DNA from: Chthoniobacterales bacterium
GTDB taxonomy: Bacteria > Verrucomicrobiota > Verrucomicrobiia > Chthoniobacterales > UBA10450
Length of the DNA stretch: 64,000 nucleotides
Direction: 5' to 3'
NCBI GenBank assembly: GCA_035568175.1
Contig: DATMON010000004.1
Location: forward strand, 374,864 to 438,863
In this document: positions 52,709 through 60,583 of the stretch, piece after piece
Numbering within the stretch: position 1 is the stretch's first letter
Layout: the number at the start of each line of letters is the position of its first letter
Notes under the pieces: generated by a model
Database searches by the model: none
What the model was told of the DNA's origin: nothing
The model's input: only the letters and a program-made list of their open reading frames with translations
Made by a program: the position numbers and the translations under genes

Positions 52709-53527
52709 ATGAAAGATCGACAACGGAGCCGGCGGGAGCCGGACGACGACGACGGGGAAGCCCGAGAGAGTTGGCGAGTCGGGCCCCGAGCCAATCAACG
52801 TCCACCTGTGCTCATCATTGGGGCGCATCGCTCGGGCACGACCGCGACTGCTCGGGCGCTGGAACTGCTCGGATTACAAATTGGCGAGCATCTCGATAGC
52901 CATCGCGAGCCGCGACCGTTGCAAAAATTGCATGAGGACTATCTGCACCGAACTGGAGCAGCCTGGCATCATCCGCAACCATTTTTAAAATGGATCGAGT
53001 CGGCGGAAGGAAAGCAGGATTGCATCTCCTACCTGCGGTCGAATATCCGCCGCGATTTCGCTCGGATCTTTGGCTATCGCTTCAATCCGAAAGGACTTTG
53101 GCTCCGAGCCCGGCTCAACTTCGGCGCGAAGTGGGGTTGGAAAGAGCCGCGGACGACGTTATTCGCTCCCGCCTGGCTCGAAATTTTTCCGGCGGCGCGA
53201 ATCGTGCATGTCATTCGCGACGCACACGCGACAGCATCAAGCATTCGAGAACGCGAATTGAAATTTCAAGCCGCGGGCGATCCACCCACGCCCAATCTCG
53301 CGGACTTCGATTACTGCAGGCAACTTGTTCAAACCTATCTCACAGCCGGAGAGCGGCTCGCCCATTCTGCGAATTATCAGCGGGTTCAGTTTGAGGACCT
53401 CCAGGCAAATCCGCCAGCGATGCTCGAGCGACTGGCAAATTTCTGCGGCTTGCGCGTTACCACGCGAGAATTGGCCGGCGCGGCGGCCAGCATCCGACCG
53501 GCACGCGTTAGATCGACATCGTCCTAA
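52709..53527 (+). CDS. Sulfotransferase-family protein
   Basis: 272 aa. 'LIIGAHRSGTTATARAL' (PSB loop) and 'IVHVIRDAHATASS'. Confidence 0.75.
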   Translation: MKDRQRSRREPDDDDGEARESWRVGPRANQRPPVLIIGAHRSGTTATARALELLGLQIGEHLDSHREPRPLQKLHEDYLHRTGAAWHHPQPFLKWIESAEGKQDCISYLRSNIRRDFARIFGYRFNPKGLWLRARLNFGAKWGWKEPRTTLFAPAWLEIFPAARIVHVIRDAHATASSIRERELKFQAAGDPPTPNLADFDYCRQLVQTYLTAGERLAHSANYQRVQFEDLQANPPAMLERLANFCGLRVTTRELAGAAASIRPARVRSTSS

Positions 53528-53562
53528 TCGAGCCACCTTCGCCGCGGGACGGCGCGGCAGAT

Positions 53563-54243
53563 CTACTTCACGTGCATCGCGTCTTCCCAGCGAATGGCGG
53601 CCCGCAGCAACTCGGTCAGTGAAGTGACGCCGAACTTTTCTTTTGCCCGCGCGCAATAGGCCTGCACGGTTTTCAGACTGAGACGCAAATCTTCCGCGAT
53701 CTGCGACGGCGTTCGTCCCTGGCCGAGCAATCGGAAAATCTCCAATTCGCGATCGCTCAGTCGTTCCACCGGCGTGGCCGCGGACGCTTTGCGCGAACTC
53801 ATGCGCCGCGCCATCGAATTCACGACCCGGTCGCTGACATAAATATCGCCTTCCACAACTCGCCGAATTGCCGTCAGAACACTTTTCGTGGTCTCGCGTT
53901 TCATCACGTATCCGCGCGCCCCGGCATGCAACGCGCGCTCGGCGTAGAGCGCTTCGTCGTGCATCGAGAGCACAATCAAGGCGACTTGAGGGAATTGGGT
54001 TTGCAATGTCTTGACCAGCTCGAGGCCCGATTCGTTTTTGAGCGAAATGTCGATCAACGCGACGTCGGGCCGGCACGATTCGATCCCGGCAAGCGCTCCA
54101 GCCGAATCCTCCGCCTCACCGCAAACGGCAAGGTCGTTTTGTTGGTTAATGAAATTGGCAAGTCCGTCGCGAACGAGAGGATGATCGTCAACGATGAACA
54201 CTTTGCGCTTGCGCGCCACTCCGTTGGATGATTTTTGATTCAT
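53563..54243 (-). CDS. NarL/LuxR-family response regulator
   Basis: 226 aa. REC ('VFIVDDHPLVR..ALIDISL') plus the LuxR HTH ('LSDRELEIFRLLGQGRTPSQIAEDLRLSLKTVQAY'). Confidence 0.9.
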   Translation of the reverse strand: MNQKSSNGVARKRKVFIVDDHPLVRDGLANFINQQNDLAVCGEAEDSAGALAGIESCRPDVALIDISLKNESGLELVKTLQTQFPQVALIVLSMHDEALYAERALHAGARGYVMKRETTKSVLTAIRRVVEGDIYVSDRVVNSMARRMSSRKASAATPVERLSDRELEIFRLLGQGRTPSQIAEDLRLSLKTVQAYCARAKEKFGVTSLTELLRAAIRWEDAMHVK

Positions 54244-54256
54244 AAGAACTCGGGTT

Positions 54257-55294
54257 TCAATCTGCGGACTGAAGTCTGTTTAAGTTGCATGTCACTAGCG
54301 TGCCGCCGTCTCGGTTGTGTGTGATGGCAAGTTTGCCTCCAATTAAGGAGGCGCCGTGCGCCATCAAGCGCAGACCAAGGCCAGGCGGCTCAGGAAGTTT
54401 TTCCGGGAATCCATTGCCGTCGTCCGAGACCACAAGTGTCAGTTTCTGGCCGTTTCGCGCAAGCTCGATGTCGATCTTACTCGCGCCGGAATGCTTGACT
54501 GCGTTCATCACCGCTTCCTGGGCGATGTGATAAAGTTGGGTGGCCGTTGTCGCGTCGCCTACGTGGACGGCACCATCGCCATTGAAGGTGCACGGAACTC
54601 TAAATCGTTCGCTAATGTTTACGGCCAGACCATTCAGGGCGACGTCCAATCCATCAGCTTCAAGTTCCGGTGAAAAGAAACCGCGCGCGAGGTTCCGAGT
54701 AAGATCAATTCCCTCCTCGATGTAATGCACGACCTTGTCGGCCTCTGCCACTTCCGCGGCCGATCGATTAGCGAGTTTTTCGCGAAGGACTTGCGCAACC
54801 AGTGCCGTCCCGGTCAAATGTTGGCCGAGACTGTCATGTAAATTTTGGCCGAGCCGCCGACGCTCGCGGTCAGCCACTCCCGCGATCTCCTGATCAAGGC
54901 GTTCGCGCTCTGCCATTTCGCGTTTGAGCGCCGCCGTGCGATCGCGCACACGTTGGTCGAGTTCATCCAAGAGGGTGCGCAGCTTTGAAAGCAGGCCGGT
55001 AAAGACAGCGTACGACCCAAGTGCCATCCCGATATTCCACAAGCCCACAGTCGGCACGCCAGCCGCAACATCGGAAGTTACCCAAGCTAAGATGCTTAAC
55101 ACCGAAAAGGTGAAGCCTAACCAAAAACCTCCGAACCATGTCCCAAGCGCAATCGGAACAAGATAAAACAGCAGAAATGTTTGTTCGTAGCCGGTGAGAT
55201 AATCCACATATCCAAGGCCAGCGGTGATGACGACGCAAACAGTTACAAGTGCAAGCCGCGATGAGAGATGATTTCGCCAGCGCAATCGAGTCAT
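54257..55294 (-). CDS. Membrane sensor histidine kinase (HisKA_3, NarX/DegS type)
   Basis: H-box 'LHDSLGQHLTG' and an HATPase domain '..NAVKHSGA..DDGNGF..GLGLRLM', with N-terminal TM helices. The start is ambiguous: ATG at 55294 or 55348. Confidence 0.85.
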   Translation of the reverse strand: MTRLRWRNHLSSRLALVTVCVVITAGLGYVDYLTGYEQTFLLFYLVPIALGTWFGGFWLGFTFSVLSILAWVTSDVAAGVPTVGLWNIGMALGSYAVFTGLLSKLRTLLDELDQRVRDRTAALKREMAERERLDQEIAGVADRERRRLGQNLHDSLGQHLTGTALVAQVLREKLANRSAAEVAEADKVVHYIEEGIDLTRNLARGFFSPELEADGLDVALNGLAVNISERFRVPCTFNGDGAVHVGDATTATQLYHIAQEAVMNAVKHSGASKIDIELARNGQKLTLVVSDDGNGFPEKLPEPPGLGLRLMAHGASLIGGKLAITHNRDGGTLVTCNLNRLQSAD

Positions 55295-55486
55295 GTTCAG
55301 GGACGGTGCAAACAATGCGTTCGGTGCAACATACGCCAGCGTTCGCATTACTCCATTGAACCCGATCTACCGAAAACGTTCACATATTTTTCGCGTAGGG
55401 CTCTGTATCACAAACGATTCGGGCCGCAGATTCGCGAGCGGGGTGATCTTGCCGACGAAGCTCGGGCGGCGTATGTTTGGCGCAAT

Positions 55487-55840
55487 GGGGGCGCACTGGT
55501 TTCGACTCATCGTTGGAAGCACAGGCGGCATGTCGAGGATGGTTCGTTGGCCTCGTAAAAAACCGAGCCAAAACAAATAAACGCAGATCACCAAGATCTC
55601 GCTCTCGCGGCTTAATTGACCGTGACGTTTGGAGCTGGACGCCTGCTACGGCGCCAAACGTGGACAGCAGGCTAATCGCACGGCGGAGTGACCGCGCCGG
55701 ACGGTGAAGGAAATTCGTGGACGCTCGGAAGTCGGCAGTGTGCCGGTGCAACGCCGGCTTCTCAAAAATCTCACCGGATAAACATGTAGATGTTTGCGTG
55801 GATAGCGACGAGGACAGGGGTTCAACTCCCCTCGCCTCCA
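55487..55840 (+). ncRNA. ssrA: tmRNA (SsrA), tag reading frame 55583-55615 encoding ADHQDLALAA
   Basis: The 5' GGGGGCG pairs with the 3' CGCCUCC, including the G3:U pair. Other elements are 'GGUUUCGAC', 'GGCCUCGUAAAAA', the resume codon GCA, 'GCUCUCGCGGCUUAA' and the T-arm 'GGGGUUCAACUCCCC' plus discriminator A. CCA is not encoded (AAAA follows). Confidence 0.9.
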
Positions 55841-55963
55841 AAAATCCGTTCTTTTGAGTTGGTGTGCAATTTTCTTGCAGCGGTGGAAAATAAAGCTTCA
55901 CATGGGGCGGTTCATCGTGCTATAACAACTATAAATCCCATAACAACTATCGCTCCCGTTTCC

Positions 55964-56413
55964 ATGAACTATCGCGTCCTCGGTAAAGTATCTTATCACT
56001 CCGCCATCTTGCTCGCCTGTGTCACCCTCAGTTGCCGCCCGCAGCAAGCAGTCATTCTTTCCCCGAGTGACACTGACCTCGTCGTCTTGAACGGTTGCGT
56101 TATTTCGGCCTGCAATTATCTGGCCGTTGTTAAGACCCAGCACGCGCTCGACAAGAATTTTTGGGCAAAAATTCTCCTCGTCCGCTACAACGATCATCCC
56201 GCCGGCCACGCTTATTGCGTGTGGGAAACTGACGGTACCATTTACGGCTACGACCGGAACGCCGGTTCGTTTCCGATTCCCGTTTACACGCGCGACGCAC
56301 GCGCCATTGCCATCGTTTTGGCTCAGGAACTGGGAAAAGTCATGAACGAGCCGCTTTCCGTCGACCGCGCAGAGTTCGTCGAATCGCAGCGCTCCCAGGT
56401 CTACAAATTCTAG
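55964..56413 (+). CDS. Lipoprotein, possible Cys/His/Asp papain-like fold (hypothetical)
   Basis: The ATG at 55964 gives the lipobox 'ACVTLSC'. Ordered 'NGCVISACNY', 'AGHAYCVWE' and 'YGYD' suggest a thiol-hydrolase triad. This is inference only. The longer track ORF starts inside the tmRNA. Confidence 0.45.
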   Translation: MNYRVLGKVSYHSAILLACVTLSCRPQQAVILSPSDTDLVVLNGCVISACNYLAVVKTQHALDKNFWAKILLVRYNDHPAGHAYCVWETDGTIYGYDRNAGSFPIPVYTRDARAIAIVLAQELGKVMNEPLSVDRAEFVESQRSQVYKF

Positions 56414-56432
56414 GCCGGCAAACTTCGAGATT

Positions 56433-57038
56433 TCACGGTTTGTCGCCCCAGGTTTTCTTGTGGAACGACGCGCGGCCCGACCCTTGTTCGAAGGCTTCGA
56501 AGTGTTCTGGGTTCTGCTGATAATACTTCTGATGAGAATCCTCGGCCGGATAGAACTTCATCGCCGGTAAAATTTCGGTCGCGATCGGTTTCTTGAATTT
56601 GCCGGACTGACCCAGCTTTTCTTTCGACATTTCCGCGATCTTTTTTTCCTCATCGCTTTCATAAAAGATTGCGGCGCGATAACTTGGACCGATATCGGTG
56701 AATTGCCCGTCGGATTGCGTCGGATCAATTTGCTTCCAATAGATATCGAGCAGCTGCTCGTAAGAAATTTTTGCCGGGTCGTAAACGATTTGGATTGATT
56801 CACGGTAGTTTGTTTTCTCGGAGCCAACGAGCTGGTAAGTGGGGTTCGGCTCCGTCCCGCCGCAATAACCGACGGTCGTCTTGATTACGCCTGGGGCTTT
56901 GTCGAATGCGGGCTGAATGCACCAAAAACAACCGCCCGCGAAAACGGCCGTCTTGGTTGTGCTGGGCGAACTTTGAGCCGGCGAAAGATCGACAACGAAG
57001 GCCAGACACGCCCCGACCAAGAGATAAACAAGTTTCAT
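56433..57038 (-). CDS. msrA: Peptide-methionine (S)-S-oxide reductase MsrA, exported form
   Basis: The ATG at 57038 gives a signal peptide 'MKLVYLLVGACLAFVVDLSPAQS'. Active site 'FAGGCFWC' and 'GYCGG'. Confidence 0.9.
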   Translation of the reverse strand: MKLVYLLVGACLAFVVDLSPAQSSPSTTKTAVFAGGCFWCIQPAFDKAPGVIKTTVGYCGGTEPNPTYQLVGSEKTNYRESIQIVYDPAKISYEQLLDIYWKQIDPTQSDGQFTDIGPSYRAAIFYESDEEKKIAEMSKEKLGQSGKFKKPIATEILPAMKFYPAEDSHQKYYQQNPEHFEAFEQGSGRASFHKKTWGDKP

Positions 57039-57157
57039 ATTGTCGATCTTAGACAATGTCTTCCAAGACGCGTTGCGAAATACCCCGTTTTTCTCTTGCC
57101 AGCCACTGGTGCCAACTGCCATAAGCCTACGTCTTCAACCAATAGGAGGTCCTCACT

Positions 57158-57526
57158 ATGGCTAAAACACTCGGAATGCTTTTTGGTCTTGTCTTTTTGG
57201 CGATTGGAATCCTCGGGTTCGTTCCCGGCGTAACCAAAGATGAAATGCTGCTTGGCATCTTCATGGTCAATACCGTGCACAGCATCGTGCATATCGCCTC
57301 GGGCGCAGTCTTCCTGGTCGCTTCAATGTCAGGGGCGGGGGCCGCCCGCTTGTGGTTTCAAATCTTCGGTTTGGTCTACGCCGTCGTCGCCGTCATGGGA
57401 TTCGTCGTCGGTAATGGAATGATCTTCAATCTCATCTCTAACAATACCGCCGATACCTGGCTCCATGTCGGGCTCGCCGCCGTAATGCTATTGATTGGTT
57501 TCGGTACGCCAAAACAGACCGCTTAA
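57158..57526 (+). CDS. DUF4383-family small membrane protein
   Basis: 122 aa with four TM helices. 'LGFVPGVT..VNTVHSIVHIASG' as in DUF4383. Confidence 0.7.
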   Translation: MAKTLGMLFGLVFLAIGILGFVPGVTKDEMLLGIFMVNTVHSIVHIASGAVFLVASMSGAGAARLWFQIFGLVYAVVAVMGFVVGNGMIFNLISNNTADTWLHVGLAAVMLLIGFGTPKQTA

Positions 57527-57593
57527 CTGTTCCGCCAGTCAGGTTGCGCTGTTGCGAGGTTGAATCGGTTCGCAACAGCTCCATTCTTATTCC

Positions 57594-58175
57594 GTGATCG
57601 AACTGATCCCGGAGACATACGTCGCGCCGCTCGACTTGCTCGCGATCTTTGGACGCGTCGCGCCATTACAGGTCGACCTTGGCTGCGGTAATGGCTCGTT
57701 CTTGTCCGAACTGGCGCAACGTCATCCGGATAAGAATTTTCTCGGCATCGAGCGACTGGTTGGACGCGTAGCTAAGGCGTGTCAGAAAGCAGGCGCACTC
57801 GGAAACGTCCGCATATTGAATGTCGAAAACTCTTACGCCGTCGGTTACTTGCTTCCCGAAGGATCGGTCGAAACATTTTATTTATTGTTTCCCGATCCCT
57901 GGCCAAAACGCCGGCATCATCGCCGCCGAATCGTTAAACCAGATTTTCTCGATGCCATTCACCATGCGCTTGAGGACGATGGTTCTCTCCGCATCGCAAC
58001 CGATCAACTGGATTATTTCGATCTAATCCAACGTGTTAGCGAAGATCATTCCGGCTTCGCGATTGCCGATGGCGGAGATGTCGATCTTCCATCGACGAAG
58101 TTCGAGCGAAGATTCATCGCGCTCGGCGCGCCCATTTATCAGTTGGCGCTGCGAAAAATCTCACCGGTCAAGTAA
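57594..58175 (+). CDS. trmB: tRNA (guanine46-N7)-methyltransferase
   Basis: 193 aa with a GTG start. 'VDLGCGNGSFL' and 'LFPDPWPKRRHHRRR' are TrmB hallmarks. Confidence 0.85.
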   Translation: MIELIPETYVAPLDLLAIFGRVAPLQVDLGCGNGSFLSELAQRHPDKNFLGIERLVGRVAKACQKAGALGNVRILNVENSYAVGYLLPEGSVETFYLLFPDPWPKRRHHRRRIVKPDFLDAIHHALEDDGSLRIATDQLDYFDLIQRVSEDHSGFAIADGGDVDLPSTKFERRFIALGAPIYQLALRKISPVK

Positions 58176-60424
58176 GCTCGCGCTTCCCATTTTTGTTGAC
58201 CGAATTCCAATTCCACCGCGCCGGTTTCGTCCTGCCGAAACAGTTTGATCCCACGCGCCCGGACCCGCTCGGCCCATTCATCTGAAATTCGTTCTTGTTC
58301 GGGAAAATCGCGCGAGGTTGCCACGATTAATCGCGGTTGCACGGCGTCGAGAAAATTGTCCGAGCCGGAACCACCCGAATGGTGCTGTCCTTTGACCACA
58401 ATATCGCTGCGCAAATCAACGCCCGACTCGACCAATGATTTTTCCGTCGCGTCACCGCTATCGGACGTAAAAAGAATCTTCGCGTTTTTGATCGAGAGCT
58501 GAACGACCAAAGCTTGATCGTCGGCTGTAGTCCCAGTGAAATCCGTTTGCGGAAACAGAATGCGTCCGGTCACGTTGGACGTGATGTGAAAGTCCTCACC
58601 TGTTTTCGGATTGAGGAGGTTCAATCGATGAGTTGGAAGCATTCCGCGAAGCCGCCGATGAACGGTTGAACGGTCGGCCGCCGGATTGTCGATCAAAACT
58701 GCCGGAACCAAATCGCGCAAAAGATTCTCCGCGCCGCCAATGTGCAGCGAATCCCCGTGTGTCAATAAGAGTCCGCTGATTCGGTTAATTCCCGCCACGT
58801 GTAAATACGGCCGAAGGACGCGCTCGTAATCACGGCCGCTGCCGCAATCGAAAAGCCAATCGACACGTGAAGCACGAAGATGGACGGCCGCGCCGGCTCC
58901 GACGTCCAGCACGGTGATTTTCGCGTGCAATTTTTTCGGCCAACCAGGTTCCGCGACGTAACAATGACTTCCCGGAATTTGCGCAAACCATTGGACGAAT
59001 GCGATCACCGCCGCGGCGAGCAACCAGTTTGCATTATTGAAAATGAGCGAAACTCCCGCAGCAACCGGCGCCGCTGCCAGCGAAAGCAGCGCAATCGCTA
59101 AAATGAAAAATGCCATCGGCACCACGAGCAGATTCGCGAAGAGCGAGCTTGGCGTGATCAGATGAAAATACCAGAAAATCAGTGGCAAAGAACCGAGCCA
59201 GGCCGCCAGAGAAACCGAGCCGCCGCGGCAAATCCATTCGTAGCCGACTCCAATCATGCGTCGGAGGCTGCTGACCAGCCGCCGCGGCAGGAACGGATCA
59301 GGCGCGCCAATTGGTCGAAGCCATCCAGAAAGCGGATCGGCCAATAAAATGATTCCGCCCACGACCGCGAACGAAAGCTGAAATCCCGTGGAGAAGAGTT
59401 CGTTCGTGTTCCAGGAGAGAAGAAAAAATGCGGCCGCGGCCAGACTGTTCAGCGCGAAGACTTTTCGTTCGAAGAAAAAGCCACCGAGCAGAATCGAGCT
59501 CATCACCGCGGCGCGAATGCTGGAAACATGCAGGCCTGTCACCGCTGCATAAAAAAGTAACAACGGAACGATGAGTGCCGTCGCCCATTTCCGGGAAAGC
59601 CTTGCCATCATCGCCAGGATCCACAAAAGGCGCGCGACGATTCCGACGTGCAACCCGGCAACCGCGAACAGATGAAGCGTTCCTGTTTGCTGAAACGGTT
59701 CCTCGATATCTTCCGGCGTTTGATGGCGCAACCCCAGAACCATGCCGCTCAGGAAATTTTGGACCTGCGGTGAATCGTCGAGTCCGCGACAAATCGCGCT
59801 CTGCATCCACGCACGCGATTTTTGCGCGGCTCGCAGAACCGGGTTTCGCGCGCCGCGTTTCAGTAAAGCGCCGTCTTCCGGATAGCGAACAAAGAGACTT
59901 CGCCTCACGTCCTGACGCGCGAGATAGGAACGCATATCGAACTCGCCCGGATTTCGAGGCGGCTCGATCGGCTCCGCTATTCCAAACATTTTCAGTTCGT
60001 CGCCAAATTCCGGATTGCCGTGCCAGCGCGCGAGCAACGTTGCATGAGTCGGCCTCGTTTTACCTTCGAACTCGAGTGATTGAAGCTTGAACAGAAACGT
60101 CGCGAATCCGTTCGGCGCTACTTTTGGCTCCGACGTCACGAATCCGACCGCGCTCACGACGCGCGGCCGATCGCTCAGATCAGCTGCGAGTTGCAGGCCC
60201 GGCGTGTCGCCGGTTCGAAAATTGTGGAGCAAAAAGAAACCGGCGCCGACGAGAAAATATGTCGACGTAAGGTTTGGCCAGCAAAAGGACGCAATTGCCA
60301 GCAGAGTGAGCGCGATCGTACTGAGCCACCATCGAGACGCTCCGATTGGAAGAAAATCCGCAATGATAATTCCAAGCCCCGCCATCAACGCCAGCCCGAC
60401 AAATGGTTGTCGCGGTGTATTCAT
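58139..60424 (-). CDS. comEC: ComEC/Rec2 DNA-internalisation channel protein with a C-terminal MBL domain
   Basis: 761 aa. An N-terminal OB/DUF4131 region, the polytopic 'Competence' domain, and the C-terminal 'VLDVGAGAAVHL...LLLTHGDSLHIGG'. Confidence 0.85.
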   Translation of the reverse strand: MNTPRQPFVGLALMAGLGIIIADFLPIGASRWWLSTIALTLLAIASFCWPNLTSTYFLVGAGFFLLHNFRTGDTPGLQLAADLSDRPRVVSAVGFVTSEPKVAPNGFATFLFKLQSLEFEGKTRPTHATLLARWHGNPEFGDELKMFGIAEPIEPPRNPGEFDMRSYLARQDVRRSLFVRYPEDGALLKRGARNPVLRAAQKSRAWMQSAICRGLDDSPQVQNFLSGMVLGLRHQTPEDIEEPFQQTGTLHLFAVAGLHVGIVARLLWILAMMARLSRKWATALIVPLLLFYAAVTGLHVSSIRAAVMSSILLGGFFFERKVFALNSLAAAAFFLLSWNTNELFSTGFQLSFAVVGGIILLADPLSGWLRPIGAPDPFLPRRLVSSLRRMIGVGYEWICRGGSVSLAAWLGSLPLIFWYFHLITPSSLFANLLVVPMAFFILAIALLSLAAAPVAAGVSLIFNNANWLLAAAVIAFVQWFAQIPGSHCYVAEPGWPKKLHAKITVLDVGAGAAVHLRASRVDWLFDCGSGRDYERVLRPYLHVAGINRISGLLLTHGDSLHIGGAENLLRDLVPAVLIDNPAADRSTVHRRLRGMLPTHRLNLLNPKTGEDFHITSNVTGRILFPQTDFTGTTADDQALVVQLSIKNAKILFTSDSGDATEKSLVESGVDLRSDIVVKGQHHSGGSGSDNFLDAVQPRLIVATSRDFPEQERISDEWAERVRARGIKLFRQDETGAVELEFGQQKWEARAYLTGEIFRSAN

Positions 60425-60486
60425 CGCAAGGGGAGAACTCGTCCGTTACGTAATACGGCGTCTGGCGGGCAAAGTTCCCTAGTCGT

Positions 60487-60543
60487 TGTAGCCACGCGCC
60501 TGTGGCGCGTCGGACTGGATGGCCCATTGGGGGCGTGGCTACA
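60487..60543. repeat. REP-like palindromic element (copy c), comEC/rarA divergent intergenic region
   Basis: TGTAGCCACGCGCCTGTGGCGCGTCGGACTGGATGGCCCATTGGGGGCGTGGCTACA. It has an 11-bp perfect terminal inverted repeat and an inner stem ACGCGCC-TGT-GGCGCGT. It shares 'GCGTCGGAC' with the reverse complement of copy a. Confidence 0.75.
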
Positions 60544-60583
60544 CGCAGATGCACAATTCGTCGGCTCGTCGTATTTTCTATTC

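Noticed and set aside
46247-52712. Long stretches devoid of the 10-mer (46247-52712, 12982-19141, 32073-37587), considered as possible recently acquired DNA.
   Set aside because: At about 0.5 sites per kb, gaps longer than 6 kb have probability about e^-3 each. Roughly 1-2 are therefore expected among 33 intervals, and I observe 2 to 3. That is not significant within one window and needs genome-wide statistics.
55380-55901. A 173-aa minus-strand ORF, plus + strand ORFs 55268-55558, 55293-55580 and 55477-55707.
   Set aside because: They overlap the tmRNA gene (55487-55840) and its flanks. The translations have no protein-like features.
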